Under the pieces are notes generated by a model. The model was not told where the DNA came from. It made no database searches and saw nothing but the letters and a program-made list of their open reading frames with translations. This document shows positions 8,803-15,515 of a stretch of 32,235 nt of DNA, piece by piece (positions within the stretch are counted from its first letter, which is position 1; each line of letters starts with the position of its first letter). The translations under genes and the position numbers were made by a program. The stretch comes from a virus: IMG/VR virus record IMGVR_UViG_3300037317_000075, positions 1 to 32,235 of that record, one strand, 5' to 3'.

Positions 8803-10360
8803 GGCGTACTCCTTGCAATCGCTCGGCCAGCGCTCTGGCGCGACGTGCCTGCGCGCTGGTTCCTCTTGCTGCTGGCCCATCCATCGCGGTTCGCACCCCT
8901 GGCACCTGCGCCAGCGCCAGTCCCACATCGAGGGGCAGTCCCGCATTGGTCGCCGCTTGCAGCACGGTCAACGCCGCGGTCACTTCGCGGCGCTGCTCAT
9001 CAGCCGTTTCGTCTTCGGGGGGCAGCCCCAGGCGCTCGCGAGCTTCGTTGCGCTTCACCGTGCCTGTCTCAATGTGATAGCCCAGGATATCAGATTGTGT
9101 GCGCCCCCCGGCCTGCATCTGCTCCTCAACGGCAGCAATGGCCTCCTCCGAAAAGCCGAGCCGCTTCAGCGCATAGACCAGCGGCAACCCCCGGTCAACC
9201 AGGGGCACCAGGCTCGCTGTCTCGGCCACCTGCGCCGCCTCATACGCTTGCATCTCCTGGGGGCGCCATTCCAGGCGCATTCCGAACAGCGCAAAGAACT
9301 CGTTCAGCGGCCTGCGATAATGCGCGTTCACATGAGGCACAATGGTGTGGTGCGTGAAATGCCACTCATCAACACTCGCGTTCGCATAGGTTGAGGCGTT
9401 GCTTTCCAGGAGGCTCTGCGGAATGCCGAAAGCAGCAGCAATGTCTGCACGGTTGATGCTGGTCAGGTCGGGCGCCGCGATGTCTTTGGGGCTCGTGCCG
9501 ACCTCGTGTGGCACAAAGTTATAACGCATCGCCATCGTGTTCCAGGCCCGTCCGACCCCGCCGGTCATGCGCTTCCAGAACCCGACAATGCCCTCAAGCT
9601 CTTGCTCGCTCGGTTGCGGCGTCATCCCGGCCCCGGTATTGCGCGTGTCCAGGAAGAACAGCACCGATTTTAGCGCGCCCTGCATGAAGAAGCGGCGCGT
9701 GTAGCGGCCCAGGTGATACAGCGTCTCCGCCGCGAACTGCGCCGCGTGCGCGGGGCCCACCCCCGGCCCGTCTTCGGCATCCAGGTTCATCGACCAGAAG
9801 TGGATAATGAATGCGTTGTTTGTGCCAGGATAAGAAGCCCCGCTGTTTCGGTTCTGATACGCAGGGTAGCTCTTGTTGGCCCCTCCGAATCGGCGAACGA
9901 AGTGCGTGAGTTCGCCGTTCTTGTTGTACTTCGGGGTGATGCTCTTCGGGAGCAGGCGCCGCGGGTAGTAGTTCCAGCCGTGTCGATTCGGTGTGACCAG
10001 CCAGTAAGCACTGCCCGTCGTTGCCAGGTCGCCTTCGGTGATGGCTAAGAGTTCCTTGAGGTCATCGGCCCACCGCTGATACTCTGCGCCTTCCCGGTCT
10101 AGTTCAGTGGGCCCCCGGCTCAGCGCGAACGGCAGCGACGCCACTGCACCGGCGCGCAAGGCCACAGCTCGGTGATACCACGCCACCCGGCGATATAACT
10201 CTGCCGGTGAAACCGTTGGCCTCGTGTCGCTGGCCGCGTCGCCGTCGCCCTGGCCGAGCAGGTCAGCAGCAGCCGGGTCGTCTATGCCAACCCCAACGCT
10301 CTTGACCCGAACCCCCTGGCCCCGACCATCGTGCTCTTCTACATTGACAACGCGCAGCAT
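8753..10360 (-). CDS. Portal protein
   Basis: 535-aa ORF. The N-terminal region ELYRRVAWYHRAVALRAGAVASLPF and the overall size and layout are typical of the Phage_portal family. ATG has AGGGG upstream. Confidence 0.8.
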   Translation of the reverse strand: MLRVVNVEEHDGRGQGVRVKSVGVGIDDPAAADLLGQGDGDAASDTRPTVSPAELYRRVAWYHRAVALRAGAVASLPFALSRGPTELDREGAEYQRWADDLKELLAITEGDLATTGSAYWLVTPNRHGWNYYPRRLLPKSITPKYNKNGELTHFVRRFGGANKSYPAYQNRNSGASYPGTNNAFIIHFWSMNLDAEDGPGVGPAHAAQFAAETLYHLGRYTRRFFMQGALKSVLFFLDTRNTGAGMTPQPSEQELEGIVGFWKRMTGGVGRAWNTMAMRYNFVPHEVGTSPKDIAAPDLTSINRADIAAAFGIPQSLLESNASTYANASVDEWHFTHHTIVPHVNAHYRRPLNEFFALFGMRLEWRPQEMQAYEAAQVAETASLVPLVDRGLPLVYALKRLGFSEEAIAAVEEQMQAGGRTQSDILGYHIETGTVKRNEARERLGLPPEDETADEQRREVTAALTVLQAATNAGLPLDVGLALAQVPGVRTAMDGPAARGTSAQARRARALAERLQGVRRERPTEQRERDGAITA

Positions 10361-10396
10361 AGTACCCCTGCGGCTAGACAGTATCTATTCACAGGG

Positions 10397-10407
10397 ATTA
10401 TAGCACA
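10397..10407 (-). promoter_or_regulatory. Extended -10 promoter (TGTGCTATAAT) upstream of the portal gene
   Basis: The - strand reads TGTGCTATAAT ~30 nt upstream of the portal ATG and just downstream of the two terminators that close the CRISPR transcript. Confidence 0.45.
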
Positions 10408-10424
10408 AATGCCTGGGGAAACAC

Positions 10425-10483
10425 AAAAAGGCGGAGCCCCGAAAGGCCCCGCCCCGAAAAAAAGGGCGCATCAATGGATGCGC
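10425..10483 (-). terminator. Two tandem intrinsic terminators at the distal end of the CRISPR array
   Basis: The - strand shows GCGCAUC-CAUU-GAUGCGC + CC + U7 (10457-10483), then GGCGGGGCC-UUUC..-GGGGCUCCGCC + U5 (10425-10453). U tracts exist only on the - strand. Confidence 0.75.
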
Positions 10484-10532
10484 TTCCCATGTTGATTATT
10501 GCTCCGCAACGCCGGAATCGCAGCTATCATCA

Positions 10533-10863
10533 GTTGCACCCGCATTGCCCCACCAGATACCACTGCAACTTGCACGGCCCGGCGGCTATCTGCCCACTCG
10601 TCTGCGTTGCACCCGCATTGCCTCACCAGATACCACTGCAACCGCGACGACGGCGCATGAGTTTCGGCAGTTCGACCTGTTGCACCCGCATTGCCTCACA
10701 GGATGCCGCTGCAACGTCAAGTTGATGGCAACGTATCTCGCAAACAGACGAGGTTGCACCCGCATTGCCTCACCAGATACCGCTGCAACTCCGACTCAAA
10801 TGTGCAAGGGGCGCGGCGGAAACTGTGTTGCACCCGCATTGCCTCACCAGATACCGCTGCAAC
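10533..10863 (-). CRISPR. CRISPR array, five 37-nt repeats and four 36-37-nt spacers (type V-like repeat)
   Basis: Repeats lie at 10533-10569, 10606-10642, 10679-10715, 10753-10789 and 10827-10863. The + strand consensus is GTTGCACCCGCATTGCCTCACCAGATACCGCTGCAAC. R4 and R5 are identical; R1, R2 and R3 carry 2, 1 and 3 substitutions. Spacers on the + strand: ttgcacggcccggcggctatctgcccactcgtctgc; cgcgacgacggcgcatgagtttcggcagttcgacct; gtcaagttgatggcaacgtatctcgcaaacagacgag; tccgactcaaatgtgcaaggggcgcggcggaaactgt. The strand is inferred from the flanking promoter and terminators. Confidence 0.9.
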
Positions 10864-10918
10864 CCTGGGTAATTTTCGCCGCATTCCAATGCCTGAGAAC
10901 CAGGCTGTTTCGCAACTC

Positions 10919-11040
10919 GTTGCAGCATTCGATTGGCAATGTACGGGCGGGGTGTTCTTGTACTTCTTCACCCCGTTGGTTCGCAGTTCGTCGAGCAGAC
11001 ACGCTGCCCTCCCTGCGCTGACAGCCAAAGCACTTGGCCC
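10919..11040 (-). ncRNA. Candidate tracrRNA (scaffold module A plus anti-repeat), co-transcribed with or processed from the array transcript
   Basis: The TSS is inferred ~7 nt after the extended -10 at 11047-11055. The 3' part on the - strand, GCCCGTACATTGCCAATCGAATGCTGCAAC, is complementary to the - strand repeat GTTGCAGC...GGCAATGCGGGT in blocks of 8, 7 and 4-5 bp. Confidence 0.5.
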
Positions 11041-11055
11041 ATATCTATTATACCA
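10944..11055. repeat. Copy A of a 112-bp duplicated structured module (partner at 11291-11402)
   Basis: The copies are collinear without indels at an offset of 347 bp. The 49-nt core gttggttcgcagttcgtcgagcagacacgctgccctccctgcgctgaca is identical (10975-11023 vs 11322-11370). Overall identity is roughly 85 percent by eye. Confidence 0.95.
11047..11055 (-). promoter_or_regulatory. Extended -10 promoter (TGGTATAAT) for module A and the CRISPR array
   Basis: The - strand reads TGGTATAAT. The homologous position in copy B also reads as an extended -10. Confidence 0.5.
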
Positions 11056-11157
11056 GCTTTTCGCTGTTGCCTTCGGCTGAGATTGATGTCACTTGCACCC
11101 GGTCAATGCATAGCGATGCTGCGCCCGGATGTCGCTGCGCCCGTTGAGCGCCATTCT

Positions 11158-11279
11158 GTTGCCCCGACCAGCGAAGTCACTTTGCTTGCGCCCAATTGCT
11201 CACGAGATGTTGCCCCGACCAGCGAAGACTCATAGAAGTTGCCCCGCAGTGCAATCACTTCGTAGCCTCGTTGCTCACG
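11158..11279. repeat. Cluster of degenerate short direct repeats between the two scaffold modules
   Basis: gttgccccgaccagcgaag occurs at 11158-11176 and 11209-11227, and gttgccccg again at 11238-11246. The longer units 11158-11204 and 11238-11279 share gttgccccg...tcactt...ttgctcacg. On the - strand all end in GGGGCAAC, like the CRISPR repeat end GGGTGCAAC. Confidence 0.8.
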
Positions 11280-11284
11280 CTCTG

Positions 11285-11387
11285 AAAAAACGGGCAGGGT
11301 GTTCTGACACTTTTTCACCCTGTTGGTTCGCAGTTCGTCGAGCAGACACGCTGCCCTCCCTGCGCTGACACCCAGCGCACCTGGGCC
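11285..11387 (-). ncRNA. Candidate ~100-nt omega-RNA-like / tracr-like RNA (scaffold module B) directly 3' of the nuclease gene
   Basis: The extended -10 TGATACAAT (11394-11402) overlaps the nuclease stop codon. The RNA ends with the hairpin CAGGGUG-N14-CACCCUG followed by GCCCG and U6 (A-run 11285-11290 on the + strand). Confidence 0.45.
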
Positions 11388-11402
11388 AGAACCATTGTAT
11401 CA
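11291..11402. repeat. Copy B of the 112-bp duplicated structured module
   Basis: See copy A. The hairpin stem is AGGGTG/CACCCT here and GGGGTG/CACCCC in copy A (a compensatory G:C to A:T change), while the loops differ. Confidence 0.95.
11394..11402 (-). promoter_or_regulatory. Extended -10 promoter (TGATACAAT) for module B
   Basis: The - strand reads TGATACAAT. Its TGA is the stop codon of the nuclease gene. Confidence 0.4.
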
Positions 11403-12833
11403 CGACTTCGCACGCGGCTTATAGTTACTTCGTGCTTTGCGCTTCTTCCGCTCTTTCGGCTCGCGCCTGGCAATCTGCCGAGCCGCGTTGATGTCTACCT
11501 GGTTCGTTTCCCCGCACCCCTTGCATATCCAGGTGCGACTTGACCAGTTCATCTCCTGCCGGTGCCCGCAATGGAAGCAATCGGTGGTCGTATGTGCCGC
11601 GTCTACGGTCACGACCTCGCGGCCTGCTGCCCCGGCCTTTTGCCGGGTGAGTTCGCGCAGAGCCCCTGGTGAGGCCGATGCCATACTCCGATTGATATGC
11701 TGCTCGTGCTCGCGTGTCATATCGGCGGATTCACGCTCTTCGGCGCTCTTCTTGTGCCGCAACGCTGACCAGTCGGTGTCCTCGAACTTGATGGTATCTG
11801 CCGTGTCGCGCAACCTGTTCACCACATAGTCCTGGTTGTGCTTGCGCTGCCGCGCAACGCGCTGGTGCAGCCTTGCAATGCGCTGCTGGCGCCGCTGTGT
11901 GCGGTTGCTGGTCGGGTCGGCGGCTTTCGCGCCGTGTTCTTTGCCTTGCCGTTTGGCAGCGCCCTGCCGCCGCTTCAAGCGCTTCGGGTCAATCAAACGT
12001 TGATAGTGAGCCAGCTTCGCCGCACTCTGCTTCAGGCCATCGGGGACACAGTAGATACGCCCATCACTCACCGCCGCAACCTGCTGACCAGTGCCCACAT
12101 AGGCCCCGTTCAAGTCCACACCAATTGTATGTCCTGTCTCTGGCAACGGCTCCGGCGCGGCCTCGCGGCATGTGACATTCAGATACCAGCCATCTGCTTT
12201 CTTGACAATGCTGGTTGTGCGCATCTCTGCCTCGGCTGAGAAGGCCCGGTGATACCGGAAGCGCAGAGAGCCAAGCGTCCTCTTCGCGCCGTGCATCGTG
12301 AGTGCCGCGTATTTACCATCGACAACAAAGTCGCTCGGCTTCTTCGGGAAGTCGATGCCCACGTCGCTGGCCCGGTCTGCCCAGCGCGCCCTGGCGTCTT
12401 TGCGGGGTTTCTTGCCGGGGTTCGCCGCGTTCCATGCACGTCGGCGACGCGTCTCTATCTGTGCGTCGCCCCAGGCTTTCTCGACGCGCTCAATGAGCGC
12501 CGTCGCCGTGTCATACGGGAGACGCTTCCAGTGCATATACCGCTCATCATTGCGCCGCGCTGTGTACTCGGCGTTCTGTGCATACGCAGTCGGCTCATAG
12601 GTGCAATCAATGGGGGCTCGGTCGGGGCGCCATGTCGGGTCAGGGAATTGCAACCCGGCTGCATTCAACGGCAACTCTGCCCGCTCGAATGCTTCGCGGG
12701 TGCGCTGCGCGAACCGGCGCTGTTTAATGCACCAGCGCTGCAAATCGAGCAGCGTCTCCTGCCACTCGGCCAGCAGCGCTTCCTGCGCTGCGGTCGGATA
12801 CGCACGGTATTGATAGGTCTTCATCGTTGGCAT
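11400..12833 (-). CDS. TnpB / Cas12f-like RNA-guided RuvC nuclease (477 aa), candidate effector of the adjacent array
   Basis: The N-terminus KTYQYRAYPTAAQEALL is TnpB/OrfB-like. RuvC-I is IGVDLNG, RuvC-II is IKFEDTD, the zinc finger is CFHCGH...CKGCGE, and RuvC-III is QVDINAARQIA. A basic C-terminal tail follows. ATG at 12833 overlaps the upstream stop (TGATG). Confidence 0.85.
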   Translation of the reverse strand: MPTMKTYQYRAYPTAAQEALLAEWQETLLDLQRWCIKQRRFAQRTREAFERAELPLNAAGLQFPDPTWRPDRAPIDCTYEPTAYAQNAEYTARRNDERYMHWKRLPYDTATALIERVEKAWGDAQIETRRRRAWNAANPGKKPRKDARARWADRASDVGIDFPKKPSDFVVDGKYAALTMHGAKRTLGSLRFRYHRAFSAEAEMRTTSIVKKADGWYLNVTCREAAPEPLPETGHTIGVDLNGAYVGTGQQVAAVSDGRIYCVPDGLKQSAAKLAHYQRLIDPKRLKRRQGAAKRQGKEHGAKAADPTSNRTQRRQQRIARLHQRVARQRKHNQDYVVNRLRDTADTIKFEDTDWSALRHKKSAEERESADMTREHEQHINRSMASASPGALRELTRQKAGAAGREVVTVDAAHTTTDCFHCGHRQEMNWSSRTWICKGCGETNQVDINAARQIARREPKERKKRKARSNYKPRAKS

Positions 12834-13495
12834 CAAAGATACTCCTGGATTTCAGGGTCTATACCAAATGTCTCCGACGCGATTATTGCATTATCAGGCG
12901 GCGCCCTCTGGATAACCTGCGTGATATCCATATATACGCCGAATATCTCTTCATCCAGGTTCGCCCCCTGCTGCCCCAGCAGCGTGCTGGCCTTATCATA
13001 CAATCGCCGCAACGAATTGCCTACTGCATTCAGGCGATACGCAAGCCAGGAAACCTCGCTGTCATAGTCAAATATCTTCATCTTGAGATGCCGCCTACTT
13101 ACATCCAGATAGCAGACAAGCCACAGGAGTCCGTGCTTTTCGTATGGGCCAAACCACGCATGCTCGCTGAGGTATGCCTTATCAGGCGGCTCGTTGGGAC
13201 GTTCGAGGAGGTCAAAGAGACGCTGCTGAATGCTTCTCAGCGTCGTTTCTGACGTCTCTTCGTTCTCAGCGGGCTCGTAGAGCGTTCGGTATGTGTCTGT
13301 CTCAATCTCCTCCAGCTCCGCCCATTTGTCGAGCTGCGCGGCCAGCCATCGGGCAAGCCGCAGGTCGGTGCATACAAAGAGCTCATGGGTATCGCCCTGC
13401 CAGTCATGTTGAACAACCGCATACCCGTATGGTTCGTGACGTGTGAAATAGCTTTGTGAGGCCATGCTTCTATCCTTGTGGTTCGTGTGAGCCAT
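12833..13495 (-). CDS. Unknown protein, first gene of the nuclease operon
   Basis: 220-aa ORF translationally coupled to the nuclease gene. An alternative start is ATG 13465 with AAGGA upstream. The region 12840-13100 is visibly AT-richer than its surroundings. No motif recognised. Confidence 0.6.
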   Translation of the reverse strand: MAHTNHKDRSMASQSYFTRHEPYGYAVVQHDWQGDTHELFVCTDLRLARWLAAQLDKWAELEEIETDTYRTLYEPAENEETSETTLRSIQQRLFDLLERPNEPPDKAYLSEHAWFGPYEKHGLLWLVCYLDVSRRHLKMKIFDYDSEVSWLAYRLNAVGNSLRRLYDKASTLLGQQGANLDEEIFGVYMDITQVIQRAPPDNAIIASETFGIDPEIQEYL

Positions 13496-13560
13496 CGATA
13501 TACCTGGTATCTCCCTTCGTGGGCTCGGCGCATCCCCAGCGCCTCATCTCTTCCTTCTCT

Positions 13561-13589
13561 AGTCTACCTTGTTTATCGCGTCGTGTCAA
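13561..13589 (-). promoter_or_regulatory. Class I phage promoter copy P0 (TTGACA-17-TAGACT) driving the nuclease operon
   Basis: The - strand reads TTGACA CGACGCGATAAACAAGG TAGACT, with the same spacer signature as the early-cassette promoters. The conserved ACGAAGGGAGA RBS block follows. Confidence 0.6.
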
Positions 13590-13670
13590 GAAGTTGACGA
13601 GGTGTGCTACACTGCTATACGCATCGCGTGGGCTCCTGTGCGTACCTCCTCGCCGATGCTCCCCATGCCT

Positions 13671-13700
13671 GACGCTCCGCTCCTGACCTGGCGGAGCGTC
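13671..13700 (-). terminator. GC-rich hairpin after the large terminase gene (no U tract)
   Basis: gacgctccgc / gcggagcgtc forms a perfect 10-bp stem with a 10-nt loop. Confidence 0.4.
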
Positions 13701-13714
13701 GGGGCTCCTCAGCA

Positions 13715-15037
13715 CTACCCAAAGACGACCCCGGCCCCCCTGGTGCCTGCGTAGGTTTTCACGGCTAACCAGGCCAGAGCGAGGCTCATCACCTGGTCAT
13801 CGTGTTGCCCTTCGGGGTGCCCATAGCGGATAAGTCCCGATGGCAATCGCTCACTCTCGTAGGCCAGGAGTTCATTGATAAGCCCCTCGTCAGGCAGGAT
13901 GGCAAGCTGCTCAAGCTCGAAGGCTTGAATCAGACTATCAATGAGTATCTTCTTGCTTTGCGGCGATGTCCAGAACGGTATCACCGGGTAGCCCTTCCCC
14001 TGCAACTCTTCAATGTTCGGCCAGCCCATCGCGTTGGCCTCGATGACCAGGTGAGTGGCGTGGAATCGCTCATGCGCGCCGATGATGCGCGTGCGCTGCG
14101 TGGCATATTCGAGTTGTCTGAAACGGTCCAGGTACACCAGTTCATTCAGCGTCGTATCGATGACCGTCACGACGGTCCAGTCATCGGTGCGTGCCAGGTC
14201 TACGCCGATGATATACTGGTGGCCTTCAATGGCCCGCTCTTGCCACTCGGCATGGGCAGCCTCGCGCACCCGGTGAAAGACGGCGCCTTCATCTTCGAGA
14301 AACTGCGCGAATATCTCTTGTTGCAGGTCCCGCTCGGTCAGGTCTTCGGACAGGCTGTCTATCTCAGTCGGGTCAATGTGCGGATTCGTGTAGCTGCTCA
14401 TCTGCCAGCTTTGCCACTCGCTGCCCCGATACGGGTTATCATCGGCCCCTTTGCGATAGAGTTGCCAGAAGTAATCCCGGCCCCTGGGCGTCGAAAACCA
14501 CCAGCAGTCGCCAAGCTCATCCATCAACGTCGGACGCATGACCTGCTGCCAGGCCAGGCCCAGCTTCGTGACCTGCGCGGCTTCGTCAAAGACCACGCGC
14601 CGATAGTGCCGACCACGCGGGCGCTCTGGATACTCCATTGACCAGAGTTCGATAATCCCGCCGGTACGCAGCGATAATCGGTGGTTCTGCTCGCTCTTGC
14701 TGGCAATGTGTCCGGCAAGGAGCCCCTTCAGCTCGGTCCAGAACTCATTCATCGCCTTGTTGGTCGGGGCGCAATACGCCGCCCGGCCCCCACCGACATA
14801 CGCCGTTTCGCAGAGCAAACGCTTCGCCAGTTCGGTCTTCCCGAAACGCCTACCGAGCGCGCACACGTTGAAGCGGCGCGCCTCACGCAACACGCGCCGC
14901 TGCCCTTCGTGCAGGTCCAGCAACGGCAGGTCGTCGAGGTGTGCCTGGCGCGCCGTGGCAGGCGTCGCCGGGCGCCGCACTGTAAGAGGCGTCGTCGGGC
15001 GCCGAAGCCGTTGACTAGACTGCTTGACTATCGTCAT
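13715..15037 (-). CDS. terL: Terminase large subunit
   Basis: 440 aa. Walker A is GRRFGKTE and Walker B is RRVVFDEAAQ. The C-terminal nuclease-like half contains IGVDLAR and VIEANAMG. Confidence 0.85.
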   Translation of the reverse strand: MTIVKQSSQRLRRPTTPLTVRRPATPATARQAHLDDLPLLDLHEGQRRVLREARRFNVCALGRRFGKTELAKRLLCETAYVGGGRAAYCAPTNKAMNEFWTELKGLLAGHIASKSEQNHRLSLRTGGIIELWSMEYPERPRGRHYRRVVFDEAAQVTKLGLAWQQVMRPTLMDELGDCWWFSTPRGRDYFWQLYRKGADDNPYRGSEWQSWQMSSYTNPHIDPTEIDSLSEDLTERDLQQEIFAQFLEDEGAVFHRVREAAHAEWQERAIEGHQYIIGVDLARTDDWTVVTVIDTTLNELVYLDRFRQLEYATQRTRIIGAHERFHATHLVIEANAMGWPNIEELQGKGYPVIPFWTSPQSKKILIDSLIQAFELEQLAILPDEGLINELLAYESERLPSGLIRYGHPEGQHDDQVMSLALAWLAVKTYAGTRGAGVVFG

Positions 15038-15515
15038 CGTCGTAATCCAGAAGGGGCAGCAGGCGGTCCAGGTTCAGCGTGTGCGCTTCGAGCTCAGCGG
15101 CGACCTGGAAGGTTCGTAGCACCGTGTTCAGGGTTGCTACATTCAGCGGGAGCGACTTCGATTGCAGCGCTTCTGCGACCTGGGAGAGCATGGCCCGGCC
15201 TACTGCGTGCAACTCTTTGGCAGTCTTATTGTAGCGCTCCTGGTGGGCTTCGATTTCGCGGATATGCGCTTCGGCTGCTGCGCGCTGCCGCTGTCGGGCC
15301 AGGTGCGCGTCGTGGGCTGCGACACGCTGCTGCCAGTGATGCTGCGATGACCAGCGGCTTAACAGCTGTCTACTTTTGCCCAACTTTTGCCCAACTGCGG
15401 CCAGGCTGCGCCCAGGGCCCATCTCGGCATATGCCATGAACGCCTCGTGCGCCCTGGCGCTTTCGTTGGGGAGTCGCTCCAACGGAGTCTCAGGGTTCCA
15501 TGCCAGGTCAGTCAT
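15015..15515 (-). CDS. terS: Terminase small subunit-like HTH protein
   Basis: The HTH segment is GRSLAAVGQKLGKSRQLLSRWSSQHHWQQR, and the gene sits directly upstream of terL. ATG at 15515 overlaps the methylase stop (ATGACTGA). The track start at 15536 is TTG. Confidence 0.6.
   Translation of the reverse strand: MTDLAWNPETPLERLPNESARAHEAFMAYAEMGPGRSLAAVGQKLGKSRQLLSRWSSQHHWQQRVAAHDAHLARQRQRAAAEAHIREIEAHQERYNKTAKELHAVGRAMLSQVAEALQSKSLPLNVATLNTVLRTFQVAAELEAHTLNLDRLLPLLDYDDDDSQAV

Noticed and set aside
7969-8946. The full 325-aa version of the scaffold-like ORF, and the 195-aa version of 7626..8213
   Set aside because: The N-terminal extensions lie inside neighbouring genes (portal and scaffold-like) in other frames and look Arg/Pro-rich. 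Internal starts with RBSs were preferred, but the exact starts remain uncertain.
10919-10955. A sixth, degenerate CRISPR repeat after a 55-nt spacer
   Set aside because: The segment matches the reverse complement of the repeat better (GTTGCAGC + GGCAATG + CGGG blocks, about 19 nt) than the direct orientation (about 13 nt). It is contiguous with scaffold module A, so it is read as an anti-repeat instead.
10474-11368. ORFs in the track that run through the CRISPR array, scaffold modules and repeat cluster (10474..10725, 10545..11021, 10691..11080, 10717..11028, 10933..11235, 11103..11318, 11129..11368)
   Set aside because: Their sequences are just translated direct repeats (for example the recurring CTRIASPDT). 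They have no RBS and overlap each other in several frames. The region is better explained by RNA elements.
11400-12833. Interpreting the TnpB-like gene as an ordinary autonomous IS200/IS605 insertion
   Set aside because: There is no TnpA (Y1 transposase) ORF. The gene is the second cistron of an operon behind a phage-family promoter. It is flanked by a CRISPR array with a matching anti-repeat. A domesticated guide-RNA nuclease fits better, although IS ancestry is likely.
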